A stretch of 63,794 nucleotides of DNA from Candidatus Magasanikbacteria bacterium GW2011_GWC2_37_14. Its GTDB lineage: Bacteria > Patescibacteriota > Patescibacteriia > Magasanikbacterales > UBA922. The position numbers and the translations under genes were made by a program. The stretch lies in NCBI GenBank assembly GCA_000990355.1, contig LBSX01000011.1:1-63794 (forward strand), given 5' to 3'. Shown piece by piece: positions 43,794 through 52,129 of the stretch. Each line of letters opens with the position of its first letter. Within the stretch, counting starts at the first letter, position 1. Below the pieces are notes generated by a model that searched no databases, was not told the DNA's origin, and saw nothing but the letters and a program-made list of their open reading frames with translations.

Positions 43794-44138
43794 TTAGCGT
43801 CGGGCTACAGCTGTACCCAGAATTGTTACATATTTTACATTATCTGCCGCCACCAAGCCCAATTCCGAAACCCTATTTTCTATATTTTTAAGCGATCTTT
43901 GTTCGGCAATTTCCAAATCTAATTTTTGACTTTCTTTTTCCAAATCACTAATCTTTTTTTGCAAATCATTTATGGCAAAGCCTTTGGTAGAAGCCGAACT
44001 TGTTTGCCAAATAAAAAGCATCCCTAAAACAACAATTAGACAAAACAAAAATCCTCGACAACCAGTATTTATTAACCAAGATTTGTTTTGTAATTTATGA
44101 TCGCGTAAGGTTTTTTGTTGGCAAAGATATGGACTCAT
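43794..44138 (-). CDS. FtsL-like cell division protein
   Basis: Single transmembrane helix followed by a coiled coil (DLQKKISDLEKESQKLDLEIAEQRSLKNIENRV). Sits immediately after rsmH. Confidence 0.6.
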   Translation of the reverse strand: MSPYLCQQKTLRDHKLQNKSWLINTGCRGFLFCLIVVLGMLFIWQTSSASTKGFAINDLQKKISDLEKESQKLDLEIAEQRSLKNIENRVSELGLVAADNVKYVTILGTAVARR

Positions 44139-45070
44139 ATTTTTTCAATTACTCTAAGTTTGGCTGATCGAGCGCGAGGATTACTTTGGTATTCTTCCTC
44201 GGCACACTCAATAGGCTTTTTGTTAATAATTAAAATATTTTTTTCTTTGTTCTTCTTAAAAAAATGCTTTACAATCCTATCTTCCAATGAATGAAAACTG
44301 ATTACTGCCAAACGCCCACCTGGTGACAATACTTTTACAGCTTGTGGTAAAACATCTTGCAAAGCCACCAATTCATTGTTTACTTCAATACGCAAAGCTT
44401 GAAATATTTTGGTGGCTGGGTGTAACCCGCCAATCCAAGGTACTTTTTCTAGTACAGACGCATGATTATGCGTCTCTACCACACCTAATTTTTTTCGATA
44501 AACTTGTAAAATTATTTCTACCAAATCACCTACGGTTTTAATTTGTTTAATTTTTCTAGTATTTACAACAGCTTCGGCAATTTTCTTACTTAATTTTTCT
44601 TCACCATAATCCGCAAAAATCGTCGCTAATTCTTTTTCAGTACGAGTGTTTAAAATATCAGTTGCCGAACCAATATTCTCTCCAGAATAGCGCATATCCA
44701 ATGGTTCTTCGGGGTGTTGAAAACTAAATCCCCGGCCTCGTTCTTCAAATTGTGGACTAGACCAACCCAAATCAATTAAAATCGCATCAACTCCAGCAAA
44801 ATTATTTTCTTGAACAATTTTATTTAAATTACGAAAATTATCACGAACAAAGATTACTTGACCCTCAAAATTGTAAAGATATTGTTTGGCTTGTAAAACT
44901 GCTTCTGGATCAGCATCTATTCCCATTAACCTGCCACTAGTGGCTACTTTTTCCAAAATTTTCTCGGCATGACCACCATCACCCAAAGTGCAGTCAACAA
45001 CTCTCATACCAGGACTTAGTTTCAGAGCAGTTAATAGTTCGGTTAACAGTACTGGTACGTGCCTAGTCAT
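44135..45070 (-). CDS. rsmH: 16S rRNA (cytosine1402-N4)-methyltransferase
   Basis: Motifs HVPVLL, DCTLGDGGHAE, DLGWSSPQ and SFHSLEDR. Start moved to M11 (45070) because the first 10 codons of the ORF lie in an AT-rich repeat. Confidence 0.9.
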   Translation of the reverse strand: MTRHVPVLLTELLTALKLSPGMRVVDCTLGDGGHAEKILEKVATSGRLMGIDADPEAVLQAKQYLYNFEGQVIFVRDNFRNLNKIVQENNFAGVDAILIDLGWSSPQFEERGRGFSFQHPEEPLDMRYSGENIGSATDILNTRTEKELATIFADYGEEKLSKKIAEAVVNTRKIKQIKTVGDLVEIILQVYRKKLGVVETHNHASVLEKVPWIGGLHPATKIFQALRIEVNNELVALQDVLPQAVKVLSPGGRLAVISFHSLEDRIVKHFFKKNKEKNILIINKKPIECAEEEYQSNPRARSAKLRVIEKI

Positions 45071-45071
45071 A

Positions 45072-45190
45072 ATTTTCAATTCACAATTTACAATTTTCAA
45101 ACAATTACCAATTTACAATTTTCAAACACATATTGGAAATTATGTCATTGAAAATTCATTGTAAATTGACAACTGGTAATTGAAAATTTA
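45072..45190. repeat. About 120-bp AT-rich repeat with internal inverted symmetry (copy 1)
   Basis: CAATTTACAATTTTCAAACAATTACCAATTTACAATT...ATTGAAAAT.CATTGTAAATTGACAACTGGTAATTGAAAAT. About 80% identical by eye to 48186-48305. Confidence 0.7.
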
Positions 45191-45622
45191 TTATACTCCT
45201 AATTCTGCCATCTGTTCGGCAATTTTATTGCTTTCTGTTTCTGTTTTCTTTTTATAAACATTCCACTTGCCACTATCCCAAAGTTCTAACCGAGAATATA
45301 GACCAGCGACAATAACTTCTTTTTTAAATCCAGCAAAAATACGCAAATATTCTGGCAACATTACCCGGCCCTGTTTATCTATTTCTACATCCATGGCTCC
45401 AGCCAACATTAATCTAGCAAAAGCCCGAGTGTTGGCTTGGGCAAAAGGCAAATTGGCTAATTTTTCGGCTAATTTTTGCCATTCACTTTTGGTATACAAG
45501 AAAAGACAGTTATCCAAGCCCTTGGTTACTATTGCACCTTTGGCAAGGTCCAAGCGAAACTTTTTTGGTACTGCCAAACGTCCTTTTTCATCTAAATTGT
45601 GTGAATATTCTCCAATAAACAT
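45191..45622 (-). CDS. mraZ: Transcriptional regulator MraZ
   Basis: Motif MFIGEYSHNLDEKGRLAVPKKFR and a second SpoVT-AbrB repeat DKQGRVMLP. Confidence 0.9.
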   Translation of the reverse strand: MFIGEYSHNLDEKGRLAVPKKFRLDLAKGAIVTKGLDNCLFLYTKSEWQKLAEKLANLPFAQANTRAFARLMLAGAMDVEIDKQGRVMLPEYLRIFAGFKKEVIVAGLYSRLELWDSGKWNVYKKKTETESNKIAEQMAELGV

Positions 45623-45640
45623 AATTTCACTAATTTCTTA

Positions 45641-45723
45641 ACACAGATAGCACAGATAAATAAATAGACAAGCATTTTATTTATTTGATAATCTGTGTGA
45701 TCTGTGTCAAAAAATCTGTGTTT
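45641..45723 (-). promoter_or_regulatory. Array of five ACACAGAT-type repeats upstream of mraZ (candidate MraZ operator)
   Basis: On the + strand, CACAGAT occurs twice (45642-45657) and its complement ATCTGTG three times (45691-45720), giving dyad symmetry around an AT-rich spacer. TTGACA overlaps on the minus strand. Confidence 0.4.
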
Positions 45724-46041
45724 ACTTTTCCCCATTTTTCCCCACGTACTACCATTATAATCCACTTGGCTAGATAAAGCAAGGGTTTTATCCCACTTTA
45801 TCCACAGCGTAAAAGGCCTACGGCCTTACGCTACAGGCACCCTTCCTCCCCCTGCCCGAGATGGAGGTTAGGAGGGCGTGGGAGAAACCTCTTAAGTCTT
45901 TATCAATTGCCTATCCGGGCAAAATGAATATTAATAGTTTAGCGTAAAAAAATTATAAGGCGTTGACAAACCGAACAAAACAGCGTAGTGTATTTAGCAG
46001 TAGTCGACCGCCACCAAAAACAACGCAAGCCGGGGGATTCC

Positions 46042-46383
46042 ATGACAAAGCTGATGCTGGACCTGATTGCCCTGTTCGTACTGCTCCTGAAGGGCGAGGC
46101 CGACCGCGACGCGTTCGACGACAAGCTCAACGAGTACTTCCTGGCCAAGGCCGAGGCCGATGGCGCCACCGCGGGCCACACCGAGACACTGGAAGTGCCC
46201 GCCGCGCCGACCCCGGCCAACCTGACCGCCGACGGCATGGACGCGCCGGTCGAAGCCACCGACGCGCCCGAGGCCGAAGCCGCCGAAGCCGAAGTGCCCG
46301 TCGTGCTCGACGAAGCGCCCGCCGAGGTCGCCGCCGAAGAAGCGCCCGTCGCCGAGGCCACCGAGGCCACCGTCGTCGCGTAG
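46042..46383 (+). CDS. Orphan 113-aa protein with N-terminal hydrophobic helix and Ala/Glu/Pro-rich low-complexity tail, in a G+C-rich island
   Basis: TTGACA-17 nt-TAGTGT at 45965-45993 and GGGGGA 6 nt before the ATG at 46042. 44/60 G+C at 46141-46200. Hairpin GCCC-TTCC-GGGC directly after the stop. The track ORF starts earlier (45988). Confidence 0.5.
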   Translation: MTKLMLDLIALFVLLLKGEADRDAFDDKLNEYFLAKAEADGATAGHTETLEVPAAPTPANLTADGMDAPVEATDAPEAEAAEAEVPVVLDEAPAEVAAEEAPVAEATEATVVA

Positions 46384-46644
46384 GCCCTTCCGGGCTGAAG
46401 GATCACCAACCCTCAGCTGAGTGGCGATCCAACGCGACATGTTCTGACTACACTCGTAAATGAAGGATACTTGGCGGTTGACTGAATTTACGAGCCCAAA
46501 TGGGGGGATGGAGGGAGACGATGAACCGGAGGGTTCAACGTCATGTTCGAGGCAGATGTTCGTCGTCTGTCTCCGTTCCAGTGAATATTTTTAAAAAGTA
46601 TTTAGTGGAAAACAAAAAATCTACCAACTAGGTAGATTTTTTGT

Positions 46645-48147
46645 TTATATAATAATTTTCCTTAGACTTCTTTGATACTTAATCGCAAAGCGATGAGCTT
46701 CATCACGTACACGAATTAATAGATCTTTATTACTATTTATCCATTTAACAATTTCTCTATTTCGTAATTTCGAAATTTTCGGATTTCGTACATATATAAA
46801 ATCGTTCTTTTTTCTTTCTGGTCCTTTAGCTATGCCAACAACTGGTATTGTTTGTCCCCTCCTGCCCGAGGAGGGGTGACCCAACGTCGCAGTTGGGTCG
46901 GGGTGGTGGGAGAGAATTTTACAAACTCGATTTACTTGTGGCACTCCCCCATCAACCAAAATTACTTGGGGTATTCCCCACTCGTTGTGCTTAAGACGCC
47001 TCTCAATAACTTCGGCAAGACAATCCACATCACTTTGTCCCACAACAGTTTTAATTTTAAATTTTCGATATTCTTTCTTATTTGGTTCACTATTTTCAAA
47101 CACTACCATACTACCAACTTTTCCAGAGCTTCCTAAATTTGAAATGTCATACCCTTCAATACGCATGTCATTGCGAGCCTCGCTCGAGCGAGGCGTGGCA
47201 ATCCCTTGCTTAGGTGGGATTGCTTCGTCGCTAAGGCTCCTCGCAATGACAGGTGACTCGACAAAACTTTTATTTAGAAGCGCAATATCTTGAATTTTTT
47301 GTAAATTTTTAATTTGATCACGCAATCTTCCTGCTTCTTCAAACTCGTGATTTTTAGAAGCCCGCTTCATGTCGTACTCTAAATTTTTTAATAAACTTTT
47401 TTTCTTACCATTCAAAAATTGCACTAACGGCTTAATTACTTTCTTTTTGTATTCGGCCGAACTTATTTCTCCAGTGCATACACCCAAACACTGACCTAGT
47501 TGATAATAAAAACAAGGTTTTTTTGGTAGAGACGCAAAATTTTGCGTCTCTACGCGAGGTATACATGTAGAAATATAAAATAATTTACGAAGCAAGTTTA
47601 TCATTTCTTTGGTTTTAAGACCTGGATATGGACCAAATAATAACCCCCCTCGCCCCCCTTTACCAAGGGGGGTAAGTGAACGTACTTTTTTCCCCCCCTT
47701 ATTAAAGGGGGGTTGGGGGGTTGTTGGCAATTTCAATTCATGCTCACGAACAGTTAAAACTTTAGGAAATTTATCATCAGTAATAACAATATAATTCCAA
47801 CTTTTATCATCTTTCAAATCAACATTGTATTTTGGCTGAATTTTTTTAATGGTGTTTGCTTCCAAAATTATTGCTTCTAGTACAGAATCTGTTTGAATAG
47901 TTTTAATATCTACTACTTCATGAATCATTTGTTCAATCGGACGTCTAACAAGCGTCATCCCCGCGTAGGCGGAGATCTTATTTGGCTGCAAGATTCCCGC
48001 TTTCGCGGGAATGACGCCACGAAAATAACTTCTCACTCTATTTCTCAAACTCGTCGCCTTGCCCACATAAATCAATTTTTTTTTGATATTATAAAAAAGA
48101 TAAATACCGGAACGATCTGATAAATTTTTTAGTTTATTTTCTAACAT
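46645..48147 (-). CDS. uvrC: Excinuclease ABC subunit C, interrupted in frame by at least five palindromic elements
   Basis: GIY-YIG motif SGIYLFYN...IYVGKATSLRNRVRSYF, UvrBC motif and Endo V-like region. Repeat-encoded stretches are [83 protein letters not shown] and HPDPTATLGHPSSGRRGQ. Confidence 0.9.
   Translation of the reverse strand: MLENKLKNLSDRSGIYLFYNIKKKLIYVGKATSLRNRVRSYFRGVIPAKAGILQPNKISAYAGMTLVRRPIEQMIHEVVDIKTIQTDSVLEAIILEANTIKKIQPKYNVDLKDDKSWNYIVITDDKFPKVLTVREHELKLPTTPQPPFNKGGKKVRSLTPLGKGGRGGLLFGPYPGLKTKEMINLLRKLFYISTCIPRVETQNFASLPKKPCFYYQLGQCLGVCTGEISSAEYKKKVIKPLVQFLNGKKKSLLKNLEYDMKRASKNHEFEEAGRLRDQIKNLQKIQDIALLNKSFVESPVIARSLSDEAIPPKQGIATPRSSEARNDMRIEGYDISNLGSSGKVGSMVVFENSEPNKKEYRKFKIKTVVGQSDVDCLAEVIERRLKHNEWGIPQVILVDGGVPQVNRVCKILSHHPDPTATLGHPSSGRRGQTIPVVGIAKGPERKKNDFIYVRNPKISKLRNREIVKWINSNKDLLIRVRDEAHRFAIKYQRSLRKIII
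47167..47250. repeat. GTCATTGCGAG...CTCGCAATGAC element inside uvrC
   Basis: 84 bp, read through in frame. Nearly identical over its first 50 nt to 50631-50680 in uvrA. Confidence 0.85.
47953..48016. repeat. CGTCATCCCCGCG...CGCGGGAATGACG element inside uvrC
   Basis: 64 bp, in frame. Same family as 49463-49527 (uvrA), 37929-37995 and 57946-58010 (intergenic). Confidence 0.85.
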
Positions 48148-48185
48148 ACTTATACCATCTTGCTGAAAAGCGGGATGTTTTTAAA

Positions 48186-48305
48186 AATTCTCAATGATCA
48201 ATTTACAATTTCCAATCAATTACCAATTTACAATTATCAATCACCCAATGAAAATTATTTAATTGAAAATTTATTGTAAATTGAAAATTGATAATTGCAA
48301 ATTAC
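48186..48305. repeat. About 120-bp AT-rich repeat (copy 2)
   Basis: Between the uvrC start and the uvrA stop. Homologous to 45072-45190. Confidence 0.7.
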
Positions 48306-48359
48306 AACACTCTCTTTAAATACTGCCCCCGTCTTCGCTAAAGCTACGTCGGGCAAGCT

Positions 48360-51149
48360 CTATAAAACACGCTTTAGGTATTCACCAGTGTAACTACCTT
48401 TTTTACAAGAAACTTCTTCTGGTGTGCCAGTTGCTACCAATTCTCCGCCCTTATCGCCACCTTCAGGTCCAAGATCAATAATCCAATCAGCACATTTAAT
48501 TACATCCAAATTGTGTTCAATTACCATGACAGTATTACCTTGATTAACTAAACGCTCTAACACGACTAATAATTTTTTTACATCTTCATAATGCAAACCA
48601 GTAGTAGGTTCATCCAATAAATACAATGTTTTGGTGGTACCGTGTTTAGCCAATTCACGCGAGAGTTTGATGCGTTGAGCTTCGCCACCCGACAAAGTTG
48701 TAGCCGATTGTCCCAAAGTTAAATAATCCAAACCAACTTCATTTAGAATTTTCAATTTATCATAAATCATCGGAATGTCTTTAAAAAATTCCTCAGCATC
48801 TTCAATAGTCATGGCCAACACTTCGGCAATATTTTTTTCTTTAAAATATATGTCCAGAGTTTCTTGATTAAATCTTTTGCCTTTACAAATATCACAAACA
48901 ATTTCTACACTTGGTAAAAAATGCATTTCTATTTCCAAAGTACCACGACCACTACAATTCTCGCACCTACCACCACTAACATTAAAGCTAAAACGCCCAG
49001 ATTTAAAGCCTTTCATTCTGGCTTCGGGAGTTTCGGCAAACAATTCACGAATATGATCATAAGCTTTGGTATAAGTAGCCGGGTTGGAACGCGGAGTACG
49101 ACCAATTGAACTTTGGTCAATGGTAATCATGCGATCCAAATATTCTGTACCGGTTAAACTTTTATGCTCTCCCACTGGTTTATGCATTCGAAATAAACGA
49201 TTATTTATTTCTTTGTACAAAATATCGTGCATTAGGGTAGATTTGCCCGATCCTGAAACACCAGTTAAACAAACAAAACGTCGCAAAGGTATTTCCACAC
49301 TAATATTTTTTAAGTTATGTTCAGTTGCTCCTTTAATTTTTAATTTTGGAGTAGCCGCATCAACTTTTCGTCTCTTTTCGGGAATGGGAATTTTTATTTC
49401 TCTACGCAAATATTTTCCTGTAAGGGATTTTGCCGGGTCACCAAAAATTTTACAATCAATGGCGTCATCCCCGCGTAGGCGGGGATCTTTTTTTGTTTGT
49501 AAGATTCCCGCTTTGGCGGGAATGACGCTAATAAGATTTTCTTTAGTTCCTGAATATACAATCTCTCCCCCATGTTTACCTGCTCCTGGACCAAAATCCA
49601 CTACCCAATCACTAGCCAAAATTGTGTCTTCATCATGTTCTACCACAATTATAGTATTACCCACATCACACAAATTTCGTAATGTTTTTACCAAACGATC
49701 ATTATCTTTTTGATGGAGTCCAATAGTTGGTTCGTCTAATACATATAAGGCGCCAACTAATTTAGTCCCCACTTGTGAAGCCAAACGGATGCGCTGGGCC
49801 TCTCCACCACTCAAAGTTCCGGCACGTCGATTTAAAGTTAAATAATGTAAACCTACGTCATACATAAATTGCAAACGATTGGCAATTTCTTTTAAAACTG
49901 CTCCAGCAATTTCTTGTTCTCGGGGTGGCAAATTAATTTCTGTTTCCGCAAAAAATTCTCTGGCTTCGGCAATTGGCAAACTAGTAACTTCAAAAATATT
50001 TTTTTCATTAACTTTTACACTTAAAGCATTTTCGTTTAGACGTTTACCCAAACATTTAGGACAAACTTCTTCGGAAAATAATTCTTTGGTGCCCAAACCT
50101 GTACAATGTTCACAATAACCATAGGGGCTGTTAAAACTAAACAAACGTGGTTCAATTTCGGGAAAACTAAAACCATCATTAGGACAAGAATATTCTGTAC
50201 TAAAAATTTGTTCTTTTGGCTTACCCTGAGCAGAGTCGAAGGGATAAATAATTGTGCAAAGACCTTTTGATAATCCCACTGCTGTTTCCACTGCCTCGGC
50301 AAGACGCCCAATAATCTCGAGCGACGAAGCGAGAGATCCCTTTTCTTTGGGTTTTAAATCATCTTTACTACTATCTTTCTTTAATGCAATTGCAGTTGCT
50401 TTGGAAAGGGATTCCTCGTCGCCTGTGGGCTCACTCGGAATTACCAGACGATCAACAACCACTTCAATAGTATGTTTTTTATCTTTTACCAAAACAATTC
50501 TTTCCTTTAAACTTTTCATTTTTCCGTCTACTCTTACTTCAAGAAAACCTGAATTATACAAATCATAAAGCATTTGATAATACTCCCCTTTTCTTCCTCG
50601 TACCACTGGAGCAAGTATTATCAATTCACTGTCATTGCGAGCCTCGCTCGAGCGAGGCGTGGCAATCCCTTTCTTAGTCTGGGATTGCTTCGTCAGCACC
50701 TCCCCGGCGCTTCCTCGCAATGACGCACTAATTCGCTCCACCATTTCGTCGGTTGTCATTTTTTCTATTTTTGTACCACAAAGTGGACAATGAGGTTCAC
50801 CAATTCTGGCATATAAAACACGAAGATAGTCATAAATCTCGGTAATAGTCGCCACTGTAGAGCGCGGATTGGCACTATGAGCTTTTTGATCAATGGAAAT
50901 TGCCGGCGATAAACCAGTTATTTCATCAACATCGGGTTTTTGCATACCACCCAAAAATTGCCGAGCATAGGCAGACAATGATTCTATATATCGACGTTGA
51001 CCTTCGGCAAAAATTGTATCAAAAGCTAGAGAAGATTTTCCCGAACCAGAAAGCCCTGTAAACACAATCATTTTGTTACGTGGCAACTCTAAATCAACAT
51101 TTTTTAAATTATGTTCTCGTGCGCCTTTAATAATAATTTTATTTTGCAT
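48360..51149 (-). CDS. uvrA: Excinuclease ABC subunit A, with two in-frame palindromic-element insertions
   Basis: Two ABC modules ([14 protein letters not shown] and [10 protein letters not shown]; LSGGEAQR twice) and zinc fingers. Start moved to MQNKIII (51149) because upstream codons lie in a repeat. Confidence 0.95.
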   Translation of the reverse strand: MQNKIIIKGAREHNLKNVDLELPRNKMIVFTGLSGSGKSSLAFDTIFAEGQRRYIESLSAYARQFLGGMQKPDVDEITGLSPAISIDQKAHSANPRSTVATITEIYDYLRVLYARIGEPHCPLCGTKIEKMTTDEMVERISASLRGSAGEVLTKQSQTKKGIATPRSSEARNDSELIILAPVVRGRKGEYYQMLYDLYNSGFLEVRVDGKMKSLKERIVLVKDKKHTIEVVVDRLVIPSEPTGDEESLSKATAIALKKDSSKDDLKPKEKGSLASSLEIIGRLAEAVETAVGLSKGLCTIIYPFDSAQGKPKEQIFSTEYSCPNDGFSFPEIEPRLFSFNSPYGYCEHCTGLGTKELFSEEVCPKCLGKRLNENALSVKVNEKNIFEVTSLPIAEAREFFAETEINLPPREQEIAGAVLKEIANRLQFMYDVGLHYLTLNRRAGTLSGGEAQRIRLASQVGTKLVGALYVLDEPTIGLHQKDNDRLVKTLRNLCDVGNTIIVVEHDEDTILASDWVVDFGPGAGKHGGEIVYSGTKENLISVIPAKAGILQTKKDPRLRGDDAIDCKIFGDPAKSLTGKYLRREIKIPIPEKRRKVDAATPKLKIKGATEHNLKNISVEIPLRRFVCLTGVSGSGKSTLMHDILYKEINNRLFRMHKPVGEHKSLTGTEYLDRMITIDQSSIGRTPRSNPATYTKAYDHIRELFAETPEARMKGFKSGRFSFNVSGGRCENCSGRGTLEIEMHFLPSVEIVCDICKGKRFNQETLDIYFKEKNIAEVLAMTIEDAEEFFKDIPMIYDKLKILNEVGLDYLTLGQSATTLSGGEAQRIKLSRELAKHGTTKTLYLLDEPTTGLHYEDVKKLLVVLERLVNQGNTVMVIEHNLDVIKCADWIIDLGPEGGDKGGELVATGTPEEVSCKKGSYTGEYLKRVL
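49463..49527. repeat. CGTCATCCCCGCG...GGCGGGAATGACG element inside uvrA
   Basis: Encodes [22 protein letters not shown] in frame. Confidence 0.85.
50631..50724. repeat. GTCATTGCGAG...CTCGCAATGAC element inside uvrA
   Basis: Encodes [33 protein letters not shown] in frame. Confidence 0.85.
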
Positions 51150-51424
51150 AACAACTGTCATCTTGAATTTACCTGCCTATCGGCAGACAGGTTTCAGGAT
51201 CTTTCCTAAAATTATACTTATTTAGACGTTTTTTAACTGTCAAAAGATGCTGAAACAAGTTCAGCATGACAAACAAAAAACCAAAAACACCTCTTTCCGA
51301 GGTTTAACTAAAAATATATAAAAAGAACATAGCCTAAATCAATGCTATTATTATACCAAACTAGTATGTTTTGTCAATTATTGATTTTGTATTATAATAT
51401 AAATAATCTTAAATATCATTCATT

Positions 51425-52129
51425 ATGAAAGTCACTTCTAAAGTATCCTTGATCGTTAACATTTTTGTAGTTTTTTTTGGTCTGGCAATTTTTATATTAG
51501 GAATTTTATTAATTAAACATTCAATTTTCGTAGAAGAAACCTTTCAAACTGCCACGGGCACAATTTATAATATTAAAACAGAACCACTTGGTGTAGATCT
51601 GCCCGGTTCTTATCTGGATTACCTGCAAATTGAATTTTCTTTACCAAGTGGAGAAAAAATTAGATTTACTAATGACTATAATCAAGAAAATGTTAAATAT
51701 AAAATTGGTGATACTTTACCTATTTATTATAACCCAGAAAAACCTGAAAATGCCTACATAGCTGACTATCGTTTTTTATTTATAACAGGAGGAGTTTGTC
51801 TTTTAATGGGTGTTGCGTTCATGATTTTTGCGGGACAATATGTGATTAAAAAATCTTCTCGTAAAAAAATTATTGCCAACATAAAACGAACAGGAACAAA
51901 AATTCAAGTTCCGCTTTTAGAGGTTAAAGAAGATTTGGAAACTACTATAATGGAAAAACACCCATTTATAATTAGTGTAAAAAAAGAAGATGGAAATATT
52001 TTATACAGCGACGAAATTTGGAATTACAACCCACAAAAACTCCAACCCGGGCAAATGATTGACGTTTATTTTGACGTGCAAAAACCAGCTGACTATTATA
52101 TAGATGTAGAATTTTTAAACGAAGAGTAA
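51425..52129 (+). CDS. DUF3592-like membrane protein
   Basis: Transmembrane helix, beta-rich domain, transmembrane helix, then a C-terminal domain. The family call is tentative. Confidence 0.45.
   Translation: MKVTSKVSLIVNIFVVFFGLAIFILGILLIKHSIFVEETFQTATGTIYNIKTEPLGVDLPGSYLDYLQIEFSLPSGEKIRFTNDYNQENVKYKIGDTLPIYYNPEKPENAYIADYRFLFITGGVCLLMGVAFMIFAGQYVIKKSSRKKIIANIKRTGTKIQVPLLEVKEDLETTIMEKHPFIISVKKEDGNILYSDEIWNYNPQKLQPGQMIDVYFDVQKPADYYIDVEFLNEE

Noticed and set aside
45788-45806. Replication origin, suggested by a consensus DnaA box TTATCCACA plus a near-match.
   Set aside because: There are only two boxes, no adjacent AT-rich unwinding element that I can distinguish from the AT-rich background, and no dnaA or dnaN nearby. 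This is insufficient for an oriC call, so it is mentioned only as a minor observation.
45939-46463. Track ORFs 45939-46409(-), 45963-46463(+) and 45994-46440(-), and the N-terminal extension of 45988-46383.
   Set aside because: They overlap in a 73% G+C stretch where all frames are open. The products are Arg- or Ala/Ser/Gly-homopolymer-like. Only the frame starting at the ATG at 46042 has an SD-like sequence, and even that call is given moderate confidence.
46854-50724. Possible CRISPR array, because many short G+C-rich palindromic repeats recur.
   Set aside because: The repeats belong to several different families, are irregularly spaced over kilobases, lie inside uvrA and uvrC coding sequence, and are not separated by uniform-length unique spacers. 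No cas genes are present in the window.
47167-50724. Inteins in UvrA or UvrC.
   Set aside because: The inserts are only 20-30 residues and lack intein splicing motifs (no N-terminal Cys/Ser block, no HN-C/S/T junction). At DNA level they are palindromic repeats that also occur in intergenic regions.
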